Shown: positions 1 to 13,614, counted from the stretch's first letter. The stretch: 64,000 bases of DNA from Bigelowiella natans CCMP2755 (GCA_000320545.1 ADNK01000029.1:1-64000); one strand, 5' to 3'. Made by a program: numbers and translations. Notes: generated by a model from the sequence alone, not told the origin.

Positions 1-469
1 CTTCTCTACTCTCTCTCTCTCTCTCTCCTTCTCTTTCCTTTCCCACCGCTCACAACAAACACTACTACCACTACTCCTAATCGCTGACGTCGGCACACAC
101 ACACACACACCGTTGTCCGGGTTACTGCAGATTGAGATGATTCCGCTCGAAAGAATAGAGAAAAATACCAATACCGACCCTTGGTGATGTGGCAATAGAA
201 GAAAAGGAAGGGGAGGAGGAGGAGGAGGAGGAGGAGGAGGAGGAGGAGACAAGCGTACATTTATGTTTGTACAGTTTAATCACCAAAGGGGCTTCGAAGA
301 AGGCTGCTCTATACTACCACAACACCCGCAACAACAACAACTACTACTGCTACTACTACTACTACTACTACCACTACTAATAGTAGTGTTACCGATTGAT
401 AAGAGCGTGCGTCTCCCTACGACATCGATATAGTATATGGAAACCAACCTGCGATGTAGTCTACAGTGA

Positions 470-503
<34 letters not shown>

Positions 504-815
504 GGCGATGATGATGATAAGGAAGGAGGAGTCAGCAGCAGCAGCAAGACAGAAGAGAGAGAGCATAAACTCTCACTTATGGAACATGTGCGTTCCTCTA
601 TCATCCATGAAGCAGGATACTATCTATTTGTCTGCCTATCGATCTATGGTCTACTACTACCGAGCACACGCAGCGGATGATAAGTGCAATAGCAGCAGCA
701 GCAGCAGCAGAAGCAGCAACAACAACCCACGGATATACACTTTCTACAGGCACATTCATTCATGTACTCTTTTAACATACGTGGAGATAAAGTTCAGCGA
801 GCCGTTGGCGCCTAC

Positions 816-856
<41 letters not shown>

Positions 857-1352
857 ACAAACTCACATAAATCAGTCGCGATCACCACCAAATCCTCTCC
901 CTCAGTAACCATACTTTCAGGGAAAAACGACGCTCAAAATGAGAGCCGAGGCGCGCACATACAAATTGATCATCCACCCCAATCGTGTTGTTATTATGAT
1001 CATTATTATTTTCTACTGCGGGCAGATAACAAATCCCTCGAGTCACAGCAGCAGCAGCAGCAGCACCTTGGAAGTACAATCGAGCTTTAGGTCCCAGGCC
1101 GTACTGTTGGGTATCGATAATGATGGCGGTGGTGATGGTGATGATGATGACGACGACGATGATGACGATGATGATGATGATAATGTACACCCGAAAATGT
1201 TCTCACCCCTCCCCTCGAAAGGAAACATGATGATACCTCTCGTAGAAGCACTGGGGCATAGTACACGATTGCATTGATTCCCGTCAGTTGCTGCGCGATC
1301 TATTTTGATGGTAAAATAGACGAAGAAGACTCAGGTAGTGGAGCGAGAGAGC

Positions 1353-1402
<50 letters not shown>

Positions 1403-1526
1403 AGAGGCTGCTGATCATCTCCCTCTGCTCAGACAGTACATGGATGATAGCGCCTCTTTCAAAAGAGAGGGGGAGGGATAATAGAGCGATGCTCTCTACG
1501 AAGTACAATTACTAATACTCCCACTA

Positions 1527-1563
<37 letters not shown>

Positions 1564-2788
1564 GAAAAAGCAGCAGCAGCAGCAGCTAGAATGCTGCCAG
1601 TAACTACCTGCAGCATAACTCCGATTATAATTGGCTCTATACGTCGTCACCGTCGGTGTTACATAGGAGCAAGATTAGGCAGGACGATGAGCGGGAGAAG
1701 GAGGAGGAGGAGGAGGGGGACAAGGAGGAAGGAGCAATGAGAATAAGTCATCAAGATAGTTCAGTTCGTGCACAGTAGTAAAGTACATTCTAGGATATTT
1801 GGACTAGTACCGCTACTATGGCGGCTACAACAACAACAACTAACTACTACTAACTACTACTAACTTGGCTTCTCCCTCCAAAGATACTCCCCAGGTGTAT
1901 TCCTCCCGACAATTCTCCCGTGCGTCCATCTAAATGACCACATGACGATAATATATAGTAAACGCGGATCGGTCAGGGACCATTCCTTTCAGGGCCATCA
2001 GCCTGTGTTGCCACAAGGATTTTTGAGTAATCATTTCCATAAAGGCCATCATCATCATCATCATAATGGTGGTGGTGGTGGTTTTCTTTTAATCATGGAA
2101 TAACAACAACCCCACCTCCATCTCAAGAAACTCCTTTCTCCCCTGATGCAGAGAATACGGCAGAAATAACATGCACACACACACACACACACACACACGC
2201 GCGCGCGCGTGAGAAAGAGAGAGGGGGGGGGGGGGGGGGACATTATTTATTGCTATTATTTTAGATTGAAATTGAAAATAAGGGTGGTAGAACCATATAT
2301 CATGGATTCGCCACGTGCTTTGTTCCTTTTCCCCCCTTTCCTCTACTTTCTTCTTCTTCTTCTTCTACTTCTACTACTACTATGGTATATTTCGAATGAT
2401 AGCTGTATGTAAGGTCATCGTCAATAAAATAAGATGAAATGATGGACCCAAGGCGCTCTCGATCGTCGCAGCATCATCAAAGACTGTTCATTATCAATTC
2501 GAATGATGAGTGGGGGGGAGGGGGGGAGGGGGGGGGGGGGGGGAGGCAACGTATCTTTGGGGAAATAGATGAGGGAAAAGGAAAAAATTTCTTTTAGTAT
2601 TTTTTAGTGGGAATGGGAGCCGCAGTAGTGGCATGATGACCTGATCTGCGTTGTCCTCCTGGGCCGATAAAAAGGACCATCCACCATAATGGGGATGATG
2701 AAGATGATGATGATTATGATAATGATGTGAAAAAATATTGAAAGGGATGACAACAACAACAACAACAACAACAACTGCTGCTGCTGCA

Positions 2789-2820
<32 letters not shown>

Positions 2821-3258
2821 AAACAAATCACTACTACTGTCGCTGCTGCTGTTGGTAGTAATTCTTCTTCTTCTTACCTCGGAGTGTCAGACAATGTGAG
2901 CATTCCTACGCAGAGATGCAGCGCTGGTACCAGCTATGTGAGTGGGGTTGGGGGAAGAGTGCGAGAAGAGGTGGATGGAATAAGTGCATCGATGATCTCT
3001 CCATATTTTCGATATTACATCGTTGGTGTTCATCATGATGTATGTCGTGAGAAGCTATGGGCTGTTGTGATAAATACCGTTTTCCTCTCCTCTCCTTCCC
3101 TCCCTCTCCTCCCTCCCATATCATATCTCACATTCTTCGGTACAATATCACCTGCAATGCAATAGACCAGCGCCAATCGTAGCGCACACCTAAAAGCCAA
3201 CGAACAGTTAAAGACAGAGAGTATTACAAATATACATCTATATTTATATATGTAAATA

Positions 3259-3289
<31 letters not shown>

Positions 3290-3363
3290 TGCATATATTC
3301 GCATGATAGCGCGACAGCATATTAATTGTAAGTGTGTGCCTGATGATGTCAAACACAGTCTAT

Positions 3364-3403
<40 letters not shown>

Positions 3404-4300
3404 GTGTGTGTGTGTGTGTTGTAGTCGTCGCGACGAAATATTATCACCAATGAGGATTGAGTTCGTCCAGAAACTTAGCATGATTCCTAGTGCATGCAGT
3501 ATTATTGGGGTATGGATTACGATTCAACAGACAGCAGCTCCAAAGAACAATTCATTCCGCACGTTATTCATTATGATTCCTATCATTCCTCCATGCCCCT
3601 TTCTCCATCCATGTGTGTGTGAAATAAAGCGTGCGTTCGCAGAGGGCAAAAATGGGGGGAGGGGTTCTATGTGAGGTACCTATCGTGACCGCCAACTGCC
3701 AACTCATGCCTTGGAGGTGAAATCGAAGGAAGGGGAGGAAAGGGATTGCGGTTATCATTCCAGTAACTTTCATTGTCCGTCTACAATCAATTCTCTCTCC
3801 CTCTCTTTCCTCTCTCTCCCACCCTTCTCTTCCCAATAGTTTATTCTCTGCTCTATGCTCTCTGCTCTCTGCTTCTTCGGCTTCCAGGGGCTGACGACGA
3901 CTACGACTATTACAACTACTAGCTATATACCATACAACGACTATTCCTACCCAATGCGCCGCGTCGGCTTTTCGGTGCTATTTCTGTCTGGTAAACCGGC
4001 ACAACCTGCGTGTTGCGTGGTGAACAGATGCATACTCATCATCATCATCATCGTAAGCTATTATTCATCGCTAAGGTAAGTTACGAACGAAACTCCTCCT
4101 TTGATATATCTGCGAAGTGTATACTAGAATCATTGGAGCTGCACACCAAACATCTCCAAAGCATGTTGGTAATCTGGCATGTCAGGCTTCAATAATAGTA
4201 CCGCGCTGAGGCCACCGACACCAAAACCTACGAAGAAGATGAAGATGATAAGGGGTAGTACAGAAGAAGAAGAAGAAGAAGAATATCAAGTGCCTCCCGT
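1..4300. repeat. Dense intronic microsatellites ((CT)n, (CA)n, (TAC)n, (GAT)n, (GGA)n, (CAG)n, poly-G) in the sugar-porter gene
   Basis: The tracts are directly visible between exons. The same SSR classes fill the introns of the LRR, agmatinase, REP and oxygenase-like genes. Confidence 0.9.
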
Positions 4301-5711
4301 GCGGAAGTAAGCATGCAGAAGGCAGGGGAGGAGATACCAAGGGAGAGGGGTATTTTCTGATGTCTCAAAATAGAAATCTGGGACAAAACTATCTTAACTT
4401 GGATGGCAAGGAGTAATTGTGTGCGCGCGAGAAAGTGTGTGATAGCGAAACAGGCGGCAGAGAAACGGAGGTCGCTGGATGCTGACAGCCTCGAAAAATC
4501 GATTATTTTCTCTTTGATCATATCGATTGTCGCTCGTACCAGTGATAGCCTCCCCAGCATATATCATCCAAAGCTGCCCAGAAGGTGCGCTGAGTGTGAT
4601 GAGTGTCCTGCACAAGCGATCGATAAACCGTCGTCAGTGATTAGAGTACAATTGCGTTTGTAGCCGTGCGTGTTCGAAACCCACCGACATGCAGAAAACG
4701 AATAAACTTGTTGGAAAACGTCTGATTATGGTTTATCTCCAACAGAAGCCATAGAAAGCCCCCATCACGCCGTATCACAACAATCTGTGTTTCTGTAGTA
4801 CGTGTAGTCGCTTCTTATTGCAATCGCTCGCTCGATTCAATACTACCCGACAGCGTACAAAGCACCCGAAATTATGATGAGAGGTTTACGTCCCAGCTGG
4901 TCCCCAACCGAGCCTATTCGTCATATTGCATTATTACATCACGTTGGATACAGTCAGCATCAAGTAAATGTGCTTCTGATTACCTGCAAAGAGGATCGGA
5001 GCAAGACCGGCTGATGCGGTCAAGAACGTTGTAAATAAGCCCTCACTGGAGATTATGTTTGTGAAATGTTAGAAGAGGAGGTGAGTCAAATAAAGCATGT
5101 ACGACTACAGGCCCAGGAAAGTTGGTATAAATCGGTACCGTATTGTTCTCTATATACTATATCATATCGTCGTGATTATCATGCTAATCAGATGGCCATA
5201 CCAGCTGTCTGTGTAGTGGAAGTCTCTTCGGAAGGTGCCCATCTCCAGAATTCCAGAGAACACACCTGTAATGATGAGCACAGTAACGTCGTGAAGCAAT
5301 GATGATTGTGCACTTACGGCGGAAAAAGTAACGAGGCTGTTACTCGTCGTTCTTTACATATTGATTTGGAGGAACCTATAGCCTGGATCTTTGATTAATT
5401 ACATTGTTTGTTAATTATCTAGTGAGCTACCGGTTGAATATCCCATCATGATCCCAGCAAGAGATGTGAAGGTAGCGATCACCTTTGCAGATTATTTTCA
5501 ACAATGGGGTTAGCAGTCTCTAAGAGCTTGTTCTCTATCTCTTTCGCCCAATCCCTCCTTCCCATCTGATTTCCTCTAATTTCATTTAGGGATAGCTAGT
5601 AAGAAGCACCGAAACATGGCCTAGCCCGCTAATCTTCTCCTGCACTCCCAACGTCTCCCCTAGCGGATCGGCTCCTGGGTTGTGGCTCGGGAAGACATCT
5701 TCCGGCTTCAT
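1..5711 (-). CDS. MFS sugar porter family transporter, multi-exon; the 3' end runs off the left edge of the window
   Basis: Spliced minus-strand exons read MKPEDVFP (ATG 5711), VIATFTSLAGIMMGYSTG|VFSGIL, SVGDQLGRKPLII (~4850-4915), GFGVGGLSA|VVPVYQTEIAPKSRRGALG (exon 3951-4005), QLAVTIG, YDWRWSIALQ|LVPALHLCVGMLTLSDTPR, IIIGVMLQ|IAQQLTGINAIVYYAPVLLRE (exon 1237-1299), GANGSLNFIST and GRRTLLSIG. These are the diagnostic sugar-porter motifs in the correct order. Confidence 0.93.
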
Positions 5712-6274
5712 AGACACGTACACGCTGGATACGATTCACATGCAACGTGATGTCGGTGAGAGCAAAAATAGAATGACGAAAAGGTGGGGGCAGGAACAAC
5801 ACATCATCATATCTAGTGACTTCGCTCGCTCGCTCGAATATGACGCTCTAGGGTTGTCAGATCAGCCTCACAATAATACACCCACCTCATCGTGCTTTTC
5901 CAACGAGGAGACTAGCTTTGAAGTGCCAATCCTTCCTCCCGCTATCGAAGAGAGAGCAGGTGGCGCTCCTCCTCCTCTTCGCCCTCCTCTCCTGCCGTTA
6001 AAATCTATTTTCCGTCGTCCGTTCGAGTGTCGGCGAAGGACCAGAATCCGATATGATGGGGATTTTCACCTCGCGACATCCAAAAAGGCCATTGCTACTC
6101 AAAATTCCCAGGGCTCGAGTGGAGCACCGTGCACAAACTAAGTGCACGTGGATTGCGAAAAAGCGACACAGAAAAAAGGTTGTCGTTCATCGAATAAAAC
6201 GCCTTTCTTCTTCTCTGCACCCACTAGGCGTGGACCTACCCACGCGCTTGGACGCGAACTCACTGCACGCGCGA

Positions 6275-8833
6275 ATGGCTTTCCGCCGGGCTCTTAGGTC
6301 CCTGTCGTCACAGGCGAACCAGTTGAGACCAGCTACTGCTGGGGGAAGACGTGCATGGAAGAGAGAGGTAGATATTCGACTGTGTGACGCCATGCGTGCC
6401 CATCATATTCGACCGAAGCCGATCTTTTCAATCTACGACACTTAGGCGATAGAGGCGATGGGCCTGACTTTGTCAGAGTTCCGCGAAGAGATGAAGTTGG
6501 TAGGGCATAAGCCTTTTCGAGCAGATCAGGTACTTCTCGAAGCACGAAGTGCTTTTGTTCCGTTCAAGGGCGGTGTAAGACCGTCTACATCAACCTTAAC
6601 GTGCCGTTTTTCTAGATATGGAAATGGATCTATCAGAAAGGCGAGTACAACGTCAAGAATATGACCAATATCGCTTCCCGTGGTAAATTGCTTTGGAGAT
6701 AACTGATTGATTGCAACTGATTCTCCCACCCTACCCGTTTCGCAACAGACCATGATTCGCTTTCCGAGAGGTTCCGGTTGCATCCGGACATAATTCCGCA
6801 TCCTTTTGTGGTGGCTATTCTATCTTCCTCTCTACTCCTCCTTTTATTTTGAGTAGTCGTTGGACTACGTGCTATAATTTTTACCACGCGTGAAAATCTT
6901 GTGTGTAAGGCTATGTAGTTCGAAATGAGTCATTATTCCAATTGAAAACCGACATGAATCTACTCAGTCTGAAGATGGGACTCGAAAGTGGCGATTGGAA
7001 TTGGATGATGGAAAGGTATGTGATGATGATTGCTTATCCTATCCTACCCCTCCCCCCCCTCTTCCCCTAACCTCTGAGCATATTTACATGATGTTACATG
7101 CACAGTCGGTGGAGACGGTCTATATACCCGGTTGGGTCTTAGATGAGGAGGTAGTAGTATCAGTGTTCAATACAATTTAAAAGTCTTCCTCTATCTTGCT
7201 GCTACTACGGCGCGCTAACAGCAATCCTTTCATGCGGTAGGAGGGCAAAGCTAGGCGAGGAGCCGTTTGTGTGTCGTCACAGGTTTGTCGCTAATTCTCT
7301 TCCGCTTTCTTTCATCCTCAGAGTTGCGTGCTGCGCGAGGCACGTATCACTGTATAAGGCGATGGTATAGGGCGTATTATATGATATGTTACAATGTGAA
7401 ACCAGGTGGGATGCACGCTCAAATGCAAGTTCTGCCATACGGGTAGCATGGACAAAAAGGTAGATTTTCCTTGCCGGAGTAGTAGTAGTATTTCGTTGTC
7501 GCTGTTGTCGTCGTCCGTCATGGTAGCAGTAAAAAGAGCAAGAAAGAAGTGAAATGCAGTAGCAAGAAGTTAGCGATTGAGAGAGGGGCAACAACCGCAG
7601 CTTAAAGATTTCGAAACAAAGAAGAGTGAGAAGTGTTTAGTACCACTTGATTTCCCTAATTCTATTGCCTCTGCCAGTAACATTTCGTTCGTGCGCGCAT
7701 AATTAATATGTGGTGGCACGCTTAAGAATTTATAGAGATGTTGTTGCTAGCTCTCTTCTTTCACTGTGGTACTTGCGGTTTTGATGATTATTATTACTCA
7801 GATTCTGCGAAATCTGAGCGCCAGCGAAATCATCAGCCAAATTATGTGTGCAAAGTCTCATCTAGGTTGTCGCTTGCCGTCGGTGTAATCGTTATGTATC
7901 TATTGATACATTCATGTGGGGCGCAGGGTGGGGGAGGGGGCCAACAGCTACAGGGTGGTACTTGTAATCATCGTGAAAGCTGGACGAATTCTTTCTATCT
8001 CTTCCTCTTCTTCTTCTTCTTCTTCTTTTTCACCATTTTGCTTCTAGCTGTCTGCTTGGTATTGATGTTCTCTTCCCTTTGGGTGCTTGCTACTATTGTA
8101 CATGTATGCGTACACATCAGGTGATTGGGACCATGACGACGTGTATGCGGCGAACAGAAGCGTGACACACCTCGTCTTCATGGGCATGGGTTCTTCAAAC
8201 ATTGTTATATTCGCTTCTCTCTCTCTCTCTCTCTAGTTTCTCCCTCATCAACACGCCTCACCCATGATTGATCGATACCATGCTGTTACTGCTGGTGGGG
8301 GTGGTTTGACTACTCAGGAGAACCACTGTACAACTACCACAATGTACGTCAGGCAATTGGTATTCTCACGGAGAACGATGGCCTGCGCTTCTCAAAGCGC
8401 CGCATCACTCTCTCCACATCTGGAGTCGTACCCGGTGCGGAATTAGCAATGACAGCTCCAAGAGCATTAGCAGTATTATTAGTGTGATTCAGTATCTCAC
8501 ACAGACAGACTCTCATTTGGGAGTAGGCGGTGTCAAAAGACAGATAGATTTATGAATACTATATATGAATTGTGCATTTTGAAGGTACGAAGTACCTGAT
8601 TGCGGGAGAGATGATGAGGATGCTGCTGTTGTTTTGTCGTCGTTTTTTTCATTGTAAGGGAACATTTTGCTGTGTCCTCTTCATCCTCCTCGTCCTCCTC
8701 CCCCTCCTCCTACTAGACCCTTCTTATTGCTTATCTTGCGGTGAACAGGTATCGCAAACATGGCGCGCGACGGAGTTGATGTACTCTTAGCGGTAGGTGT
8801 CCACTAAAAAGGGGACAGGAAAGAAATAGAGAA

Positions 8834-8889
<56 letters not shown>

Positions 8890-10383
8890 TAGACCGTGAG
8901 ACTCCTTTCACACGAGTCAACCATTTCACATGATATGGAAAAATGTTAAAACACTTTGACTAGCAGTTTCGGCCATGCACACCCTTTCTCACTTCATCAT
9001 TACCACCACTGTTTAGAACTTCTCTATGCTATTAGTACTGTCACTTCTGTTCTTGCCGTCGCTGCAACTTCTTTCCACGGTGCTGTGTTGGAATCACTCA
9101 CTGCGGATTTGTTGCGAATTTGTTGCCATCAACTTTATTGTAGGTAAGCTTGCATGCGCCAGACAATGCTCTTCGATCATCGATCATGGACATAAACAGA
9201 ATGTTCCCGATTGAGGTTCGATGCCTTGTAACTGCTGCTACTGCTAAGTTTGTTATTGTTTTTTTTGTATATGTATCGATGCTCCTCCTCATACTACTTC
9301 GAATTTGCCGCTGCTGTCTCAAACGCGGTGATCAGGATCTGATGGCTGCATGCGTCGATTTTGGCTCCAAACCAGCAAAAAGGATAACATTCGAGTAGTG
9401 CGTCAATCGTCTAGTAGCACATACGGCACATGTCTCATTACGTCATATTCACACACACACACACACAAATATATATACACACACATACACATACAGAGCT
9501 GAGAACATCAACCCAGCCTTTCGTACTGTCAATAGCTAGAGGGGTGGGGGCTTGTTGCTGGTTGCGTGTGACTTGCATGCGTATGCTGCTGCAACCAACG
9601 TTTTGCTAGCTCTCTAGATATCATCATCAACATTGTTCTTACATCGTTTTTCTTCCTCCTCCTCCTCCTCCTCCTCCTCCTCCTCCTCCTCGTAATGCTA
9701 CTATTTGTGACTGCAGGTATGTAATGCTAGATGGGGTGAATGACTCGCTGGCGCATGCAGAACAGTTGGCTGAGCTGCTCCTCCGATACAAAGTACCATT
9801 CTGCTCCCCACCCCCTCCATTCTCCTCACAAGATGTGAAGAGAAAAAGATCTTGTTCCAAAGATCTGCCTCAAAATCGCCACCCCTTCTCGCGCCAACGC
9901 CCATCCATCCGTGTGCACGAGCGAGGAGCCACCGATATTGTAGTGTTACTTGTATTTATTGTTGTTGGTATGCTATGTTGTCAGATCCACGCATTTGTTA
10001 ACCTCATCCCATTCAACCCGTGGCCTGGCTCGCCTTACAAAACGTCCTCGAACAACAGAGTACACGCCTTCCTGAAGGTCTCGCAATTTCATCACCACTA
10101 AGAGATCACATCGGAGAAGAGACGATGGAAGTAGGGGGGGCGGGGGGATAGGGAGGAGTGGAGGCATGAGTACGGTCTGCAATATAAACAGAATATTCTT
10201 TTTATTCGTAAATAATGACGAGAACTATGGCACGCTGCATCAGTGTTGTTTACAGTAATTGATTCACCTGTACGAATTCAGGTGCTAGAGGGTTACAACG
10301 ATCCTTTGTTGCGGGCTGCTGTTCGTTGGCCCAAAGGAAGGGACATAGGTGCTGCTTGTGGACAGCTTGCAACGCCATCGTGA
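6275..10383 (+). CDS. rlmN: RlmN-family radical SAM RNA methyltransferase, probably mitochondrion-targeted, multi-exon
   Basis: Exons give KPFRADQ|[29 protein letters not shown]|[13 protein letters not shown] (CxxxCxxC at ~7412-7435), [14 protein letters not shown]|[23 protein letters not shown]|[20 protein letters not shown] and [11 protein letters not shown], with TGA at 10381-10383. The N-terminus [13 protein letters not shown] is Arg/Ser/Ala-rich and lacks acidic residues. Confidence 0.95.
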
Positions 10384-11243
10384 CCAGTACAATCAAACCA
10401 CTAGCTATAGATGTCACGACTGAGATTTGCTGTTAGTACATGGATCTGATTTGTTCAGAAAAACGTCAGAACTCGCCTGTGCAATTTTCAAATGCGATGC
10501 GTGCTTATCGCGTATTACAGCAAATATGAATATACTTCACATAATACGTATTTATGGTACGATACATTTAACATAAAAATTTCCATGCTCCGACAACGGA
10601 TGATGATGTATGTGACATCATCGATTAATGTTTGCAGTGCACGCGTGTGCTGCGCATGTAATCTGGATCATGTGTGTGTATAGCTACATAGAAGTGCGTC
10701 CGTGCGTGCGTGCACCTATGGATATTCGCATTGCATAGATCAACATGTTGCTGCGTAGATATACTACATGTGCGCAAGCAGCGTGCATGACAAGATAGCG
10801 CTTTTTGCAAGTCGGTAAGAATTAAGAATTGTGTGGTACAGTTGTACACTCAGACTGCGCGTGCTCCTACATGTTTGCTTAGAGTCCAAACATACACTTC
10901 ATCTCTTAGATTGTTGAAGGATCCGTTATTAGGAAAAGGTTAAGTTAACATCATAACCGACTGCCTGGATTATGAGCAACATATACCTAAGTATCTAATA
11001 TTTCACCAGAAATAGTTAAAGCTGAGATAGAATAAGCAGACGACGAGCTGAGTGCTAGATATATTAGGGCTATTTTGATGTACTTTTGAAGAAATATAAG
11101 CTCATTTCGTACCATTTGTAGCATTTTCAAGACCGATTCGAGTGGTATTCACGCGGACTCATGATTGCAATGTGTTCATGTGTTGGCTCCTATATACTAC
11201 CCAAGTAAGATCGGTATCTACCACCGTAAGCGCGCCTTTCTCT

Positions 11244-12526
11244 CTATTCATTGTTTATTTTCTCCAGGACCCAACAGTCCTCTGCGTGCTCGCCGTGGGG
11301 ATTGTGGATTCTATCCTGTACCATCCTCTGTGAGAAGTATGCTTGCTCGATCTGCGAACAACGAAATTCATCAATCAGGGTTCAGTTGCATGCGTTCGTA
11401 TTATAATCCAGTATCTAGAATTACATCTAGAGCTTTGTGACAATCAAGCATCTCTCCGTGCGTGTCTAGTGTCGCTGGCGCCCATATTCACATTCTACTC
11501 TGATGCGTGCATGACATATCTAGATGGTCTCCCATATCCCCCAAATCATTACTCGGAATTCCAGCAGATCGCCTGGTAAGATCTCCAAGGGTCGCCGGTC
11601 TTCATCAACATAAAGCTCATCTGGAGACGAAGGGTCCTGGCGAGAATCAAATGGAAACCAACCAAAGAAACAATGCATTCTCATTTGATGTTACAGCTAT
11701 TATTTACTATCCTAAACTTTACCCATTATATGCATTCTTATTCTTTTCGAAAAAAAAGAAAGTAATTTTTTGGTCATGTACCTTTGCAATGAGGGGCTGC
11801 ACTTTGAGGTCTTCAAGGACTAGACCCCTCTCTAATTTATCGCCATCTGTTCCTACTATAAAAATATTTAAACATAGTTGAAAATAAGACAATAGAAATG
11901 ATAAAGGATAAATTATTCGTCCTCTGGGAGCGACGACCTTCACGCGAAACTGTCTATACGTGAGAAAGCATCGTCTAATTTTGCATCGACTACTTCCAAA
12001 TTTATTATCCGTCATGGAGATCAAGAGGCGAGTTGGCTCATAATTTGCAGGGAGATCATAGTTTTTATTTCCATGCTCGTCTCTCTGTTCTTCTATATCC
12101 GTACGTTCGATACAACTGAAAATATGTATATCTACTGTTTCCCTACATTCTGTCTTCCACGCGATCACGTCTCCCTCTTCAAGCTGCACAGTCTCGATGT
12201 CGATGACGTGTGAATTGGTAGCCTTACAGAAAAGGGGAAGAGAAGTTGTGAATGGCCAACCTTAAGGAGGAATGACATCGAAAGGGAGGAGGAGAAGAGA
12301 CGTAGTTACATCGACGATGAACCTGTGTTGAAGAAAATCGCCTAAAAGGGCCCCCATGGAAGCTGTGCGATGGGACTAGTGGCAAGACCCGATTCGTTGC
12401 GATTTTAGACAAACGACCTTCAAGAAGAATAAGCCCGACGGGACGGAAACATGCGACTGAAGCGCCAATCAAGAGCAGGATGCGGGCGACAGTACGAGTA
12501 CGGTTATTATCACCCACGCGCAGCAT
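11244..12526 (-). CDS. Hypothetical protein with a C-terminal QRxxxDRxxNPHGEHAEDCW motif and a putative bipartite plastid-targeting leader
   Basis: Exon-like segments with GT-AG boundaries read MLRVGDNNRTRTVARILLLIGASVACF...RRFSSTQ|ATNSHVIDIETVQLEEGDVIAWK, LEDLKVQPLIAK, DPSSPDELYVDEDRRPLEI and IEQAYFSQRMVQDRIHNPHGEHAEDCWVLEKINNE*. A hydrophobic segment is followed by an S/R-rich segment. Internal exons and the stop are only partly resolved. Confidence 0.6.
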
Positions 12527-13295
12527 ACCACCTGAAGTGATAATTGGTTCCCTGAGCTACATTCCAATCCAAACTCATCATACTATGAGAACACTATGAA
12601 AATTTCGATGGAACGGTGGGGGTGGAGGGAGGTGGAGTGACCCTCGGCTGCTTCGGTGGCTCAGAAGAAAGACTCCTTTCTGGGCCGGCTCCATAAATGG
12701 CAACACGAAAACGCTTATTTTCCGATGTCGCACCCAGAGAATCCCCTGTCTACGCCGTCGTTCTTCCGATTGCGGACCACTGTGCTGTCTCGACGAAGGG
12801 TTGCAATGGATTTCAGGCCGAATACGAGTCGTTGCTTCCGAGGATCCCAAAGTGTATACTGCGACAATAATATTGGTATTGTCGCAGGTATATTCCTCCC
12901 TCATCCTTTCAGTGCTGCTGGACCAGATATGTCGACACCCCGATTTATCTACTAACCTGCAGCATGGTGACTCCGTTTTGTGTGGAGAGTCTGATCGTCT
13001 GAGAGGGGTGGGTATCCATGGCCTGTTTTTCACTGTTTGTGCTCCGCAGGTGAGCTGGATGCCTCATTGGCGGCTGTAGCGTGGAAGGGAGTGGCAGCGC
13101 CAGGGAAGGTCAAATCAATGAATACACTTCACTCGTACATAAAAATGCACCCATATATTCTGCTCGTCCTTCCTGAAAAAAGGGGGTTAGGTGAGTGTGT
13201 ACATATGACGCGTGAATTTGCTAATACTTTGACATCCAGCAGCTCCAGGACTTTGATCTCATCACGAGCGGTCTTCGATCCTTCCCAAATACAGA

Positions 13296-13578
13296 ATGAA
13301 GCAGCTGTACATCGCATACCTTCTCTTCTGCATCATCTTAGAAGTCTCCCGCGCACAGTGTCCATACAATGCGAACATTTCCACCATATGTGCCAAGGAG
13401 GCTGCATGTCTGGATAAGCTGAAAGCTTCGAACCCACTCGTCCTTCAAAGCTGGCAAGGATGTCCATGCTCAGGGTAAAACAGCCTTCAAAAAGAGACAT
13501 AAAGAAGAAGACGACGACGAATAAGAAGGAGAGAGTCAGGCAACAAGGGTTGAGGGATCGAAGAGAGAAAAGAGAATG

Positions 13579-13614
<36 letters not shown>

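Noticed and set aside
780-1236. Possible large extracellular loop after TM7 of the sugar porter
   Set aside because: Correct phasing gives VLLRE|YGLGPKARLYFQ|GANGSLNFIST, a normal short loop into TM8.
2512-2545. Poly-G tract as a functional G-quadruplex
   Set aside because: Similar G/C homopolymers occur in many introns here on both strands, so it cannot be separated from the general SSR load.
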